Virus record (IMG/VR): IMGVR_UViG_3300035498_000944
Source of the DNA: a virus
Lineage: Duplodnaviria; Heunggongvirae; Uroviricota; Caudoviricetes
Length of the DNA: 64,000 bases
Strand: one strand, 5' to 3'
How positions within the stretch are numbered: the first letter of the stretch is position 1; every line of letters begins with the position of its first letter. Shown here piece by piece: positions 47,777 through 57,227 of this stretch. The notes under the pieces are model-generated. The model searched no databases and was not told where the DNA came from. It saw only the letters and a program-made list of their open reading frames with translations. Position numbers and translations under genes: made by a program.

Positions 47777-48625
47777 CTACTTTAAATTTTTTCTAAGCTT
47801 CATAAACTTCTCCAAAGTCTTAGTTGCAAGAAGTGCTTCAAATTGAGCAGATGTAAGAATAGGAACTCCACCCTTTAGAGCAGCTTCATATTTCTTATGA
47901 CCTCTCATATCAGAATCTGTTACGAGAAAGTCTGCACTCTGTTTAGCACCTACTTGTTTTAATGTATAATCTTTACCATATTTTGAATTCATTAGAGGAA
48001 TAAAGTTATTTCTATTTGAAACACCACGAATAGATCCTGTTATGCTAACTTCTATAATCTTATTAGAATAATTATATTGTATATTAAAATACTTTTCAAT
48101 ATCCTTAATATACTTAAAATAAAGTTTAGCTACTGTCCATTCTGCATGTGTTAATTTAGCGGGAGTATCCTTAGCTGCAACTTCATCAACTGTTATAGAT
48201 GTACCAACAATCTTTAACCATTCTGTCTTTAAACCTGGTATGAATAAGTAATAAAACAACTTCCAATATTCTATAGTAGGCTCTGATGACATATATTTAA
48301 TGAAGGCGTTATACTTAACATCTTTATAAGGATAATCTGCTATCTTCTCAAGATTGAATATTTCCAACACATTTGAGCACTGTGTATATCGTATCAAGTC
48401 TTTAGCAAATGAAGGACCTAAAGATTTAAATCCCAAGTCCTTAAATATAATATTGGCTCTTTCTGACAAATGTTCAGGACAAGCATTATTATAACATCTC
48501 ACGTGCTTAAGATTATCTGAATATAGAAGTGGGCTTCCACATACACAATACCATTGTAAATCTTTAGCCAACCTCATAGGAACCATATCTGTATTTACTA
48601 AGTTCTCCATAGTAAGCCATGTCAT
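47777..48625 (-). CDS. LigA C-terminal-like protein (Zn-finger plus HhH-like plus BRCT) lacking an adenylation domain
   Basis: CVCGSPL...RCYNNACPEHL matches the NAD-ligase C4 zinc finger, and the C-terminal ITGSIRGVSNRNNFIPLMNSKYGKDYTLKQVGAKQSADFLVTDSDMRGHKKYEAALKGGVPILTSAQFEALL matches a BRCT domain. There is no KxDG motif. Confidence 0.5.
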   Translation of the reverse strand: MTWLTMENLVNTDMVPMRLAKDLQWYCVCGSPLLYSDNLKHVRCYNNACPEHLSERANIIFKDLGFKSLGPSFAKDLIRYTQCSNVLEIFNLEKIADYPYKDVKYNAFIKYMSSEPTIEYWKLFYYLFIPGLKTEWLKIVGTSITVDEVAAKDTPAKLTHAEWTVAKLYFKYIKDIEKYFNIQYNYSNKIIEVSITGSIRGVSNRNNFIPLMNSKYGKDYTLKQVGAKQSADFLVTDSDMRGHKKYEAALKGGVPILTSAQFEALLATKTLEKFMKLRKNLK

Positions 48626-49290
48626 ATTAGATATCCACCTCTTATTAAAAATACTAACAATCCAACTAGAAATAAAAATACCAATACTGATATTATTCTT
48701 TCTGCTTTAGAGAAAAGTATAAAATCAGAATAATCTTTCTTTATGATAACACTTATAATAGAACCAGGTTTCTTCTTAGTATTTATTGTAAAATTAGAAA
48801 GTGTCTTACCTGTATCTAATTGTATAGTGTTTTCATCAATTACTTTAGCTTTGGTTAATTTTCCACCAACTATCATATAAGCATAAAGCGGACCATATAA
48901 TATGAACAACATACAGAATCCAACGATAGTTAGTATAGTTAAATTTCTGTATATTTTTATATCATCTTTTTCTAACAGGTCTCCATAATTACGCTTAAGC
49001 ATAATCTTCTCTGAATCTGTATTAGAATAATAGATGTGTAAAACTGATCCCGTTGCTAGATCTTTGTTACGAGTTCTATAAACTCCAACAATATCTTTAT
49101 CAGCTACCTTATAAGAGAACTGCAAGACATAACCATTATCTGTTCTAGAGACATCTGTTATATCTGCAGTACTCTCAGTAGAATTTGCAAGAAATGCTTT
49201 ATACTCAACAATTAGTGCATAATAAGATAAGGATGCAGCAATTAGCATGGCTGCTATTATGATGGATAGTGTTCTTATAACTAAACGCAT
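48622..49290 (-). CDS. multi-pass membrane protein
   Basis: 222 aa with N-terminal, central and C-terminal hydrophobic helices. Confidence 0.4.
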   Translation of the reverse strand: MRLVIRTLSIIIAAMLIAASLSYYALIVEYKAFLANSTESTADITDVSRTDNGYVLQFSYKVADKDIVGVYRTRNKDLATGSVLHIYYSNTDSEKIMLKRNYGDLLEKDDIKIYRNLTILTIVGFCMLFILYGPLYAYMIVGGKLTKAKVIDENTIQLDTGKTLSNFTINTKKKPGSIISVIIKKDYSDFILFSKAERIISVLVFLFLVGLLVFLIRGGYLI

Positions 49291-49301
49291 ACCTTCACTC
49301 C

Positions 49302-50198
49302 TTAACTGTCAACCATCTTTACATTAGTATAAAATTCTGCATTATATCGTTTGATGTAATCATAAGATATTTTTATGTTACCTGTTTCATCCAAACTATA
49401 ATACTGGTCAGGTGTTACAACGACAAACAAAGTTACATCTGTATTAGGAATCTTAACCTTAATTGTTGGCTGATATCCTTGCATAGGAATCTTATAGTAA
49501 TCTACAAGACAACTTGAAGAGTAATAATCAGCTTCCTGTATATTTTTATCAACAACCTGTATAGGAAGACCAAACATACTATTTGCCAAAACATATCGAT
49601 ATGCTTCATCAGGACTATCGGTTGAGTTACGCAATAAATTTTTATAAACCTGTGAGTACTTATCATACAGTTCTTCACGAGACTTATTTACTAAATCATC
49701 TACTGGCGTCTCAGAAGATTGCGCACTTTCGATTTCATCAGCTGAATATCCCCAATAGCGGAGAGTACTCCAATCATCTTGACTGTATGCAAATGTTGAA
49801 ATCTCTGTTGTAGGTTCTTCAACTATTACAGGTTCTTCAACATATTCTTCTGTTGTTTCTTCCTCTACTTCTTCAGAGGATTTATTCTTTGCAACAGCCA
49901 TAATTATTATCAGTAGAAGTACTAACACTATACAAGCAATACCTACTATGATAGTTTTATTGTCCTTTATTTTATCAAGAAGTGTTTCTTCATAATCCTC
50001 ATCTGGACCATCATCCTCGACATCATCTGTAGAATTTATTTCGTTGAACATTTCATCTAACGTCGCGGGTCTAGGTGTATCATCGCCTGTAAGTGATGCA
50101 CGACGTCTGGGTTTCTCACCGGGTGTAGAAAAACTTTCTTCCTCATAGTGAGTACCCTGTTCATACTGTTCATTATTAGCCAATGTTTTCACCTCCAT
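49302..50198 (-). CDS. acidic membrane-anchored protein
   Basis: 298 aa with an acidic N-terminal region, a single TM (IIVGIACIVLVLLLIIIMAVA) and an acidic C-terminal region. Confidence 0.4.
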   Translation of the reverse strand: MEVKTLANNEQYEQGTHYEEESFSTPGEKPRRRASLTGDDTPRPATLDEMFNEINSTDDVEDDGPDEDYEETLLDKIKDNKTIIVGIACIVLVLLLIIIMAVAKNKSSEEVEEETTEEYVEEPVIVEEPTTEISTFAYSQDDWSTLRYWGYSADEIESAQSSETPVDDLVNKSREELYDKYSQVYKNLLRNSTDSPDEAYRYVLANSMFGLPIQVVDKNIQEADYYSSSCLVDYYKIPMQGYQPTIKVKIPNTDVTLFVVVTPDQYYSLDETGNIKISYDYIKRYNAEFYTNVKMVDS

Positions 50199-53100
50199 TA
50201 TAACTAACTGTGTGTTCTTTTATCCAATCAGTCAATTGTTCTTCATCAATTTTATCAACACGCCTTTGTGTATCAATTATGTCACCATTCTTATAGAACA
50301 TAATTCTAATGTAAGCATTATCTCTATGATGTAAATCAACAAGATGAAGTAAGTCATCCAAACATGCAGGATCCACTTTACTTATATCTAACAGCAACAT
50401 ATTGAATAAACTCCACACTAATGGCATTTCATAATTTGTAAGATGATTTATTTCTTGAGCGTCATTATCACTCATATTAACTTTTAGGATATCTTGTTTA
50501 TCTTCTTCAGATATAAGTTCATTACCCTCGTCATCTGTATTGATAACCAATTCACACAAGTTGTCAATATCTTCTTCAGAGAGTTCTGTATAAGACAAAC
50601 TCTCTTCCTCAGTATCTGTATTTAAATCAAGACCTTGTCTGAACTTCATATATTCTTCTGTAGCATAAGCTATAGAATCTATATGAGACAATTTACCATG
50701 AACCTTTTTATGTTCTTTACTTTGAGGAAATCTAGCAATCAAATCATGAGTAAGTGTATCATGTCTTACATGTTCGGAAATTACTTTAGGGTCTGTGGAG
50801 TTGTATTCTTTTATAAGACCTTCCATATAATCAATAATCTCTTTTTCACGAAACTCATCATTCAACTTTAACTGATCAGCAACAGGATCTGCAAATGCTT
50901 CATGCCATTTACCTTCCTCATTATATTCTCTTATCATCTGATTTCTTAAATCAGGTGGTAAGCCATACTTATCAGCTTTAGCATCACCTAAGTTAGCAAC
51001 AACAGCTGGAATAGCGTAGAATGGAGGAGCACCTTCGATTTCGACTTCCATACAATCCTGTAACATAATGTATACTTCAACCAGTGGCACACTCTTATGT
51101 ACACACAAAAGTATCTCGTCATGAATTGTAAGGGCTATACGTACTAATGGGAATTTTCCTTGAGGGGTATCTACAAGTTTATCCCAACCTTTACGCTCAA
51201 TCCACTCTTGCACATGAACCTGTGCATTTTTCATAATGTCAGCACAAGTACCCTGAACCGGTAGATTGTTAGCCTGTCGTATAAGTGCTTCTTTATCTTT
51301 GTTAGCAATGCCTGGATTAAATATTTTCTCAAAGTGTCTTACTCTACCAAAATAAGTAGACATATATCCATCTTTTAGCACACGATTTCTATTATCATGA
51401 AGAAACTGTGCTATATTACGGAATCTAAACATAAATGCTTTCTGACCTGCATCAGCTTGAGCAATTTGTTCTTTTGTCGGTGATGCACCATATAACTGTT
51501 CAGCAAGACCATACTTTGTTATAAGATAAGGAATACCAAAATTTACTCTTTTCTGGAAACCTCTATCCTCTTTAGATACAGCCCATTGTGGAGTACCATC
51601 TATGATAGATTTACAACCACGATGTATATCATAGTTAATATCTTTTTCAGCCTCTATCAAGTCCTCTTGATGTGCAAGCCAAGCCATAGCTCTTAACTCC
51701 ATACAAGAGTAGTCTGTGTCAACAAATACATGATCATCTGAATCTGGTAAGATATCATATTTTACTGGACCTGGTAACTGATGCATAGGGGAAGATTCTC
51801 TTCCTGACGCTGTACCATTTTGCTGTATCCAAGAAAAATATCTATCTCCTCTAGAACCCTCAAAGAGTCTATTATAGAAGCCACTTACCAGTTTATTATA
51901 GACTTTCCATTTCAGAAGAAGTCTACATTCTGGATACTTTGCAGTGTTCAATTCTTGCGCAGTACAAATCAAGTTACCATTGTTATCAACGATATTTGAT
52001 TTTACAATATTTGTAGGATTCTCTCGATTCTCACGAGCAAGACGTTTTATAGCTTTGACACCAACAGATGGCTGTCCTTTATCTGTATAAGAATATATAG
52101 GACGACCTAATCTTTTATACAAAAGCTCTTGCATCTGTATAGATGATGTAAGCTTTACTTCACTTCTTGTAAGTTTGTGTATTAAATCCTCAAGATAATT
52201 TTGTACTGCTTTTACATTATCAAACTCAGAAATGAAATGCTCTTTGTTCAATCTATAGCCATACCATTCTTTACCCGCTGATATATAGCAGAGTTTTGAT
52301 TCCATCTCAAACAAACCTATCTGTGGTTCTGTTAATTGAGGATACATTTTCAGGAATAACTGCAATGTTCCATCAGCATCAGGACAAGCATAATAACGAA
52401 CTATTTCTTTAGGGAGAACTTTAAAATCGATTTTAGATTTATCTGTAAAAATCTCATCAAGTTCAAGATAATGTTCTCCTGTCATTTTAAACTCAAGAGT
52501 CTTCAAGGCATGGGTACCTCTTGTTCTCTCAGAGTTTAATAACTGTGATAGTGTCTGCGTACAATAATCCATGCGTAATGGTATATTACAATGAATGTTA
52601 ACTGTGTTCTCATATTTAGAGTTGTGAGCTATTGTTTTTGCACCAATCTCTTTTATACAGTCTACAATTTCATTCATAAACTCATAAGGCAAATTATCAA
52701 ATGCATTATGAAGAAATGGAAAATATCTAGAAAAGTCTTTCTTATGTGAGAGTACTAAACCTACAATCTTAGCATCTTCATTTCCACGAACGAAATCAAG
52801 TGTTGTGGTTTCGTAGTCATATCCTAATAAGGCAGGTTTTTCTTTTCTCAATAAATCAAGATATTCTCTAGCTTCATCAATATTATCAATGACTTTATAA
52901 TCTTTATGGTCCATCCATGATAAATCATATCTAGAGCGTAACACATCCATAGAGTAATATGGAAGTGTAGAACTTTCTAAAGCCATCTTTGTTAATTTAC
53001 TGGATGAATACTGGTTTAGAGTTAATGGCGGTAAATCAAAGTCCAGATCTTTTTCATATTTAAAAAGAGCGACTTGCACTCCATCATATGTAGATAGTTC

Positions 53101-53451
53101 TTCTGAAAATACATTGTTAATTGTTACTAACTTATAGTAACTTTTGGAGGCAGCATCATCTTTTATTTGTGATACTATGAATTTACCATTATCCCATTTA
53201 TTCTCTAAATTAGTTTTAACATCTATACTCTTAGCAAATGATATGGTGTTATTAAAAAGTTTACCTAATCTCTTATCACCATATGTGTAAAATTTACCAC
53301 GTTTTGTATATTCACCATAGAGTAGATTAGTATCAAGTTGATTGAACTTCTCTCCCTCAGAGACAATGTCCAATCTTCGTGTTTCTTTTGTCTCCAAAAT
53401 AAACACTGAATATTTATCTGTTTGGGTTCTGAGCTCCCCATACTTTAACAT
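50176..53451 (-). CDS. family-A DNA polymerase (PolA-like) with 3'-5' exonuclease domain and long acidic C-terminal extension
   Basis: Exo I LGYDYETTTLD, motif A DYSCMELRAMAWLA, motif B FQKRVNFGIPYLITKYG, motif C TIHDEILL. About 300 aa follow motif C. GGGAGGG RBS. Confidence 0.85.
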   Translation of the reverse strand: MLKYGELRTQTDKYSVFILETKETRRLDIVSEGEKFNQLDTNLLYGEYTKRGKFYTYGDKRLGKLFNNTISFAKSIDVKTNLENKWDNGKFIVSQIKDDAASKSYYKLVTINNVFSEELSTYDGVQVALFKYEKDLDFDLPPLTLNQYSSSKLTKMALESSTLPYYSMDVLRSRYDLSWMDHKDYKVIDNIDEAREYLDLLRKEKPALLGYDYETTTLDFVRGNEDAKIVGLVLSHKKDFSRYFPFLHNAFDNLPYEFMNEIVDCIKEIGAKTIAHNSKYENTVNIHCNIPLRMDYCTQTLSQLLNSERTRGTHALKTLEFKMTGEHYLELDEIFTDKSKIDFKVLPKEIVRYYACPDADGTLQLFLKMYPQLTEPQIGLFEMESKLCYISAGKEWYGYRLNKEHFISEFDNVKAVQNYLEDLIHKLTRSEVKLTSSIQMQELLYKRLGRPIYSYTDKGQPSVGVKAIKRLARENRENPTNIVKSNIVDNNGNLICTAQELNTAKYPECRLLLKWKVYNKLVSGFYNRLFEGSRGDRYFSWIQQNGTASGRESSPMHQLPGPVKYDILPDSDDHVFVDTDYSCMELRAMAWLAHQEDLIEAEKDINYDIHRGCKSIIDGTPQWAVSKEDRGFQKRVNFGIPYLITKYGLAEQLYGASPTKEQIAQADAGQKAFMFRFRNIAQFLHDNRNRVLKDGYMSTYFGRVRHFEKIFNPGIANKDKEALIRQANNLPVQGTCADIMKNAQVHVQEWIERKGWDKLVDTPQGKFPLVRIALTIHDEILLCVHKSVPLVEVYIMLQDCMEVEIEGAPPFYAIPAVVANLGDAKADKYGLPPDLRNQMIREYNEEGKWHEAFADPVADQLKLNDEFREKEIIDYMEGLIKEYNSTDPKVISEHVRHDTLTHDLIARFPQSKEHKKVHGKLSHIDSIAYATEEYMKFRQGLDLNTDTEEESLSYTELSEEDIDNLCELVINTDDEGNELISEEDKQDILKVNMSDNDAQEINHLTNYEMPLVWSLFNMLLLDISKVDPACLDDLLHLVDLHHRDNAYIRIMFYKNGDIIDTQRRVDKIDEEQLTDWIKEHTVSYNGGENIG

Positions 53452-53932
53452 AAGGATTCCCTCCCGTACTTCGTGGATTATCTATAAAAATATGACCACC
53501 ATGTTCACATCTATAAACACCACCCACAATGTTCTGTAGCAATATACTATATGAGTTTACGTAAATACTACATGGTCTTATAACATCTCGTATTATATCG
53601 AATTTCCCATCATGCAGAACATACATATAATTTACATATTTCTGAAATAGAGGGGATTTGTCATAAATGTTTAATATAGCCTCAGCATACTGATCATCAT
53701 CTTCAACATTACCTGTTAAAGCTATAACCAAATATTTACGTATCTCTTTTAAATTAAACGAACTATTTTCTTCAGGATATAAATACCTTAAAGTATTTAA
53801 CATATGTTCTTCAATCGCATAAAACAAATCGAAAACATACAATGTGGTCCCTTTATCTTTATTGACAGTCTCTATAAAATTAACTGTCATTTTCAGACCA
53901 AGTTTGCTCTCCATAAGTTCTGCAGCCATCAT
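53414..53932 (-). CDS. hypothetical protein
   Basis: ORF of 172 aa. Confidence 0.4.
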   Translation of the reverse strand: MMAAELMESKLGLKMTVNFIETVNKDKGTTLYVFDLFYAIEEHMLNTLRYLYPEENSSFNLKEIRKYLVIALTGNVEDDDQYAEAILNIYDKSPLFQKYVNYMYVLHDGKFDIIRDVIRPCSIYVNSYSILLQNIVGGVYRCEHGGHIFIDNPRSTGGNPYVKVWGAQNPNR

Positions 53933-54010
53933 TTTCCTCCCGTATTACCTGAATACATTCATCGTTTTCAAGAGCTTTATTTATTAGTTCTTCGGTTAGT
54001 TCATTCTCAT

Positions 54011-55399
54011 TTACTTCCATATCAACCATACTCCCCAATCTTTTATAGCACCACTTGAACTCTGAATGCTACCTCTAAGTCGTGATGCCATATACTGTCT
54101 TGCCCACTCTGGAGATAAGTATTCTTCAAGTAACTTATTTTCTTTATACAAGAACAGATAACCTGATTTATGCATAATAGCTACTCTCTTTGGATTGCCA
54201 GGTTGAGGCTTATATAAATTAGAGACATCAATTAATTTAATAGCTCCACTATGGGACATTAAGTAGCCATCATCTGACCATAGTGGAAGCTCTTTAGGAA
54301 TTAATCCATAATTCATATACATAGAGTACATTTCTTGACTATAAGGAGCATCTGTAAAAGATGTATTGTTGCATGCTAAGATAAACTGCTCCATAGAATT
54401 CAGTTCTACCTTTTTAATCTGGTCTTCTAAATTAAAATCAGCACGAAGATAAGCTGAAAGTGAAGTATTATTTATTATGCTTCTTACACTTGAACTCAAC
54501 AAATTATTAGGCTTAAATGACGCCCACACATTTCTAGATACTAACTCAGAATTAGGGGTTATATAATCTGATACTAGAGTATCTATATAATCCTGATCAT
54601 ATTCTCTTGGATCAATATTTCTTATATCAATATTTAAAGTTATGAGAATGTAGATGAAATCCTGTAAGTCTCTATATGCGATATTATAAGGATCTTGACC
54701 TGACAACCACTTAAGCAAGTACTTCATATTATCATTTTGTTTGTGTATCACTTGAATACATTTACCAGTGGTCTTATTCATATTCCAAATATGATAATCG
54801 CCTATATCACTCCACTGATACTTTTTCTTTCCAAAACCTGAATTCTGCATAGCTGATACACAAGATATTACAGAGTATCCTATTGATTTGCCAAAGTCAT
54901 GTAAGCTCTTCAATAGGACAGGTAATCTTGAACGCATACGTTCTATATCTATAGAATCTAGAATGTGTTCCTCTTCAAGTAATTCACTCTCAGAGATTTC
55001 TTGATCCTCGTCATCTGTTATTACACGGATTTCCTGATATCTCTTCTGAAAAGCTTGCTTTGTATAAAACGCTTTATTATGAGCATAGAAGCTATAAATC
55101 AAATTCTCTAAGTACTTTTGTATAGCACCCTGCTGATTAGGATGTAATATAGGACCACATGGTCTACCTTGATTGTCAAGTTGCTTAGTTGGATTGAAAT
55201 CTGCGCAATCATGTAATATATAATCACAGAATCTATCAAAATCCATTTCATCGCCACGTGTTTTTATAAACTGATACATTTTTTCATAATATCCTGTAAA
55301 TGGAGTTCCCTCTGCAGGTTGGTATTGTGGTGAGATTAATACGCGATATATAACCTTACCTTCAGTAAACACAGATCGTTTAGTTGACTGTAGTATCAT
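54011..55399 (-). CDS. hypothetical protein
   Basis: 462 aa. A weak HD-like H..D motif (ILHDCAD) is not convincing. Confidence 0.4.
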   Translation of the reverse strand: MILQSTKRSVFTEGKVIYRVLISPQYQPAEGTPFTGYYEKMYQFIKTRGDEMDFDRFCDYILHDCADFNPTKQLDNQGRPCGPILHPNQQGAIQKYLENLIYSFYAHNKAFYTKQAFQKRYQEIRVITDDEDQEISESELLEEEHILDSIDIERMRSRLPVLLKSLHDFGKSIGYSVISCVSAMQNSGFGKKKYQWSDIGDYHIWNMNKTTGKCIQVIHKQNDNMKYLLKWLSGQDPYNIAYRDLQDFIYILITLNIDIRNIDPREYDQDYIDTLVSDYITPNSELVSRNVWASFKPNNLLSSSVRSIINNTSLSAYLRADFNLEDQIKKVELNSMEQFILACNNTSFTDAPYSQEMYSMYMNYGLIPKELPLWSDDGYLMSHSGAIKLIDVSNLYKPQPGNPKRVAIMHKSGYLFLYKENKLLEEYLSPEWARQYMASRLRGSIQSSSGAIKDWGVWLIWK

Positions 55400-55571
55400 T
55401 TCTATGCACTTCCTCCATTCTATTCAATAATTGTTTCAATACTCTAGGATTGTTTATGTATTTAATATAAGGTTCAAAGTCTATGAAGCTTTCTACTGTA
55501 TCAAAGGATAACATAGAAGCTAGAGCTAAACTATCGTCCTCTATATCGGTTAATAAACTTAAGTCTTTCAT
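55380..55571 (-). CDS. hypothetical small protein
   Basis: ORF of 63 aa. Confidence 0.3.
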   Translation of the reverse strand: MKDLSLLTDIEDDSLALASMLSFDTVESFIDFEPYIKYINNPRVLKQLLNRMEEVHRNDTTVN

Positions 55572-55875
55572 GATATCTCCTCCTAAGATCTACAATAGAC
55601 TCTTTTGTGTAACAACTACCAATTGCTGTCTCTACAGCATAGTCCAGATTTAAATACTGTAATAGGCTACATATATTTTGGACATCACTAACTGATCCTA
55701 CACATTTAGCCATAGGACGTAATAACATAGCATCAGTTCTACTAGAGGATTCTTTCTTAAAATTAATCATAGAGTAATATGCCTGATTCTTTATTAGAGC
55801 TTCATTCTTCAAAAATGCAGGACATGAGGTATATAAATCTTTCAATCTTATTGGTACTAAAGAATAAACTAACAT
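55531..55875 (-). CDS. hypothetical protein
   Basis: ORF of 114 aa. Confidence 0.35.
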   Translation of the reverse strand: MLVYSLVPIRLKDLYTSCPAFLKNEALIKNQAYYSMINFKKESSSRTDAMLLRPMAKCVGSVSDVQNICSLLQYLNLDYAVETAIGSCYTKESIVDLRRRYHERLKFINRYRGR

Positions 55876-56333
55876 AATTGAGTCACACCCTTATGCATTG
55901 CAATGGCAGTAGTAGCCAATTCATCAGCTTTATTGTTACCGGCATTTGTCGAATGTCCTTTTACCCAAACCCATTCAACCTGCAACTTTGAGTTTAAAAA
56001 GTCAAGCTGTTGCCAAAGATCTACATTTAAAACCTCACTCTTATCTGCCTTTCTCCAACCACGCTTTTTCCAATTTTTAATCCATGATGTTATACCATCA
56101 TGTACATACTTAGAATCTGTATGCATTATAATATCATAATCTGTATATTTACTTGCTAGAACTGTAAGTGCTCTTATAGCACCTGATAGTTCCATACGAT
56201 TATTTGTGGTTGATGGGTCATAAGCAGAATGTAGAAGTGTTCTACCAAATGGCATTTCAATTACCACACCATAGCCACCTGGTCCTGGATTTCCAGAGCA
56301 GGCGCCATCTGTATAAACATTTATAATAGACAT
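55869..56333 (-). CDS. rnhA: ribonuclease HI
   Basis: VYTDGACSGNPGPGGYGVV, TDSKYV, KGHSTNAGNNKADELA are classic RNase H type 1 motifs. Confidence 0.85.
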   Translation of the reverse strand: MSIINVYTDGACSGNPGPGGYGVVIEMPFGRTLLHSAYDPSTTNNRMELSGAIRALTVLASKYTDYDIIMHTDSKYVHDGITSWIKNWKKRGWRKADKSEVLNVDLWQQLDFLNSKLQVEWVWVKGHSTNAGNNKADELATTAIAMHKGVTQLC

Positions 56334-56393
56334 GTCGTTTTACTCCTTTCAATTTATCAATACGGCGAATCTGAATTTATAGAAATATCAATA

Positions 56394-57227
56394 TTACCAG
56401 ATAGGTGTCCCCTCCTCAATAATGAGCCCTTCTGGCCTGCATTTGCGTTGTCGTTCTGCAAAGAGTTCGTCTTCATCTCTGTAGACTCCTCTTGAGTTGT
56501 AGACACTTTCTGTCTCGGAGGAACTTGACGCGGAGGAATTGTTGACTGTTCCACTGGAGCTGCTACTTCCTGGTCTTGGTCTTTCTTGCTTAGAGGATTC
56601 CAAGTCTGAGGTATCTTTCTTGGTATCTTCCTTATTGGATTCGGTATTGGATTCTGTCTTGGTTCCTGTTGACTCTGTGGCTTCTCTTCCTGTACTAGAC
56701 CCAGAGTCAGTATCATTAATGCTGTCGCTAGATTCGTTGCTGCTATTACCACTGCTAGCAGGATCAGCAATATCCCTAGCGATTCTACTGTTAGAATTAT
56801 TATTGCTGTCGTAATTGCTCCTAATAATGCTGGAGTATATATCTTGTTTTCCACAAGCAATCTCAACTTCTCCTCCATTATCACCCACATCCTTTCTATA
56901 GACTATAAAATATACACATAAACTAATTATTACAAGTACATCATCAACATATCCAAGTAAAGATTTTATGAACATTTCTGGAAGAATATCTATAGAGGAG
57001 AATACATAGAATAACGATAATACCAGTGCAGGTATAAATTTATACTTTATGTTAAATCTATGTAGATCTCCAACTATAGAAGAACACTTCTTTGTATTCA
57101 CTTTAGGCTTAGAGGGTTTATGAGCTTTCTTAGATTTCTTATGCTTCTTTTTATTTGTATGCAAAGCTTTACTAGCCTTATCAGCATAATCATCTAATTT
57201 ATTTAGAATATTTTTATCAGTTGACAT
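56394..57227 (-). CDS. DUF1232 (YkvA-like) membrane protein with Ser-rich disordered tail
   Basis: SIDILPEMFIKSLLGYVDDVLVIISLC matches the DUF1232 core. C-terminal S/T/N-rich low complexity. Confidence 0.45.
   Translation of the reverse strand: MSTDKNILNKLDDYADKASKALHTNKKKHKKSKKAHKPSKPKVNTKKCSSIVGDLHRFNIKYKFIPALVLSLFYVFSSIDILPEMFIKSLLGYVDDVLVIISLCVYFIVYRKDVGDNGGEVEIACGKQDIYSSIIRSNYDSNNNSNSRIARDIADPASSGNSSNESSDSINDTDSGSSTGREATESTGTKTESNTESNKEDTKKDTSDLESSKQERPRPGSSSSSGTVNNSSASSSSETESVYNSRGVYRDEDELFAERQRKCRPEGLIIEEGTPIW

Noticed and set aside
56357-56890. A 177-aa ORF in another frame overlapping the Ser-rich tail of the DUF1232 gene, and plus-strand 56539-56814.
   Set aside because: It is embedded in a low-complexity region of a gene with a recognisable DUF1232 motif and is most likely an artefact. 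An overlapping gene cannot be excluded without data.
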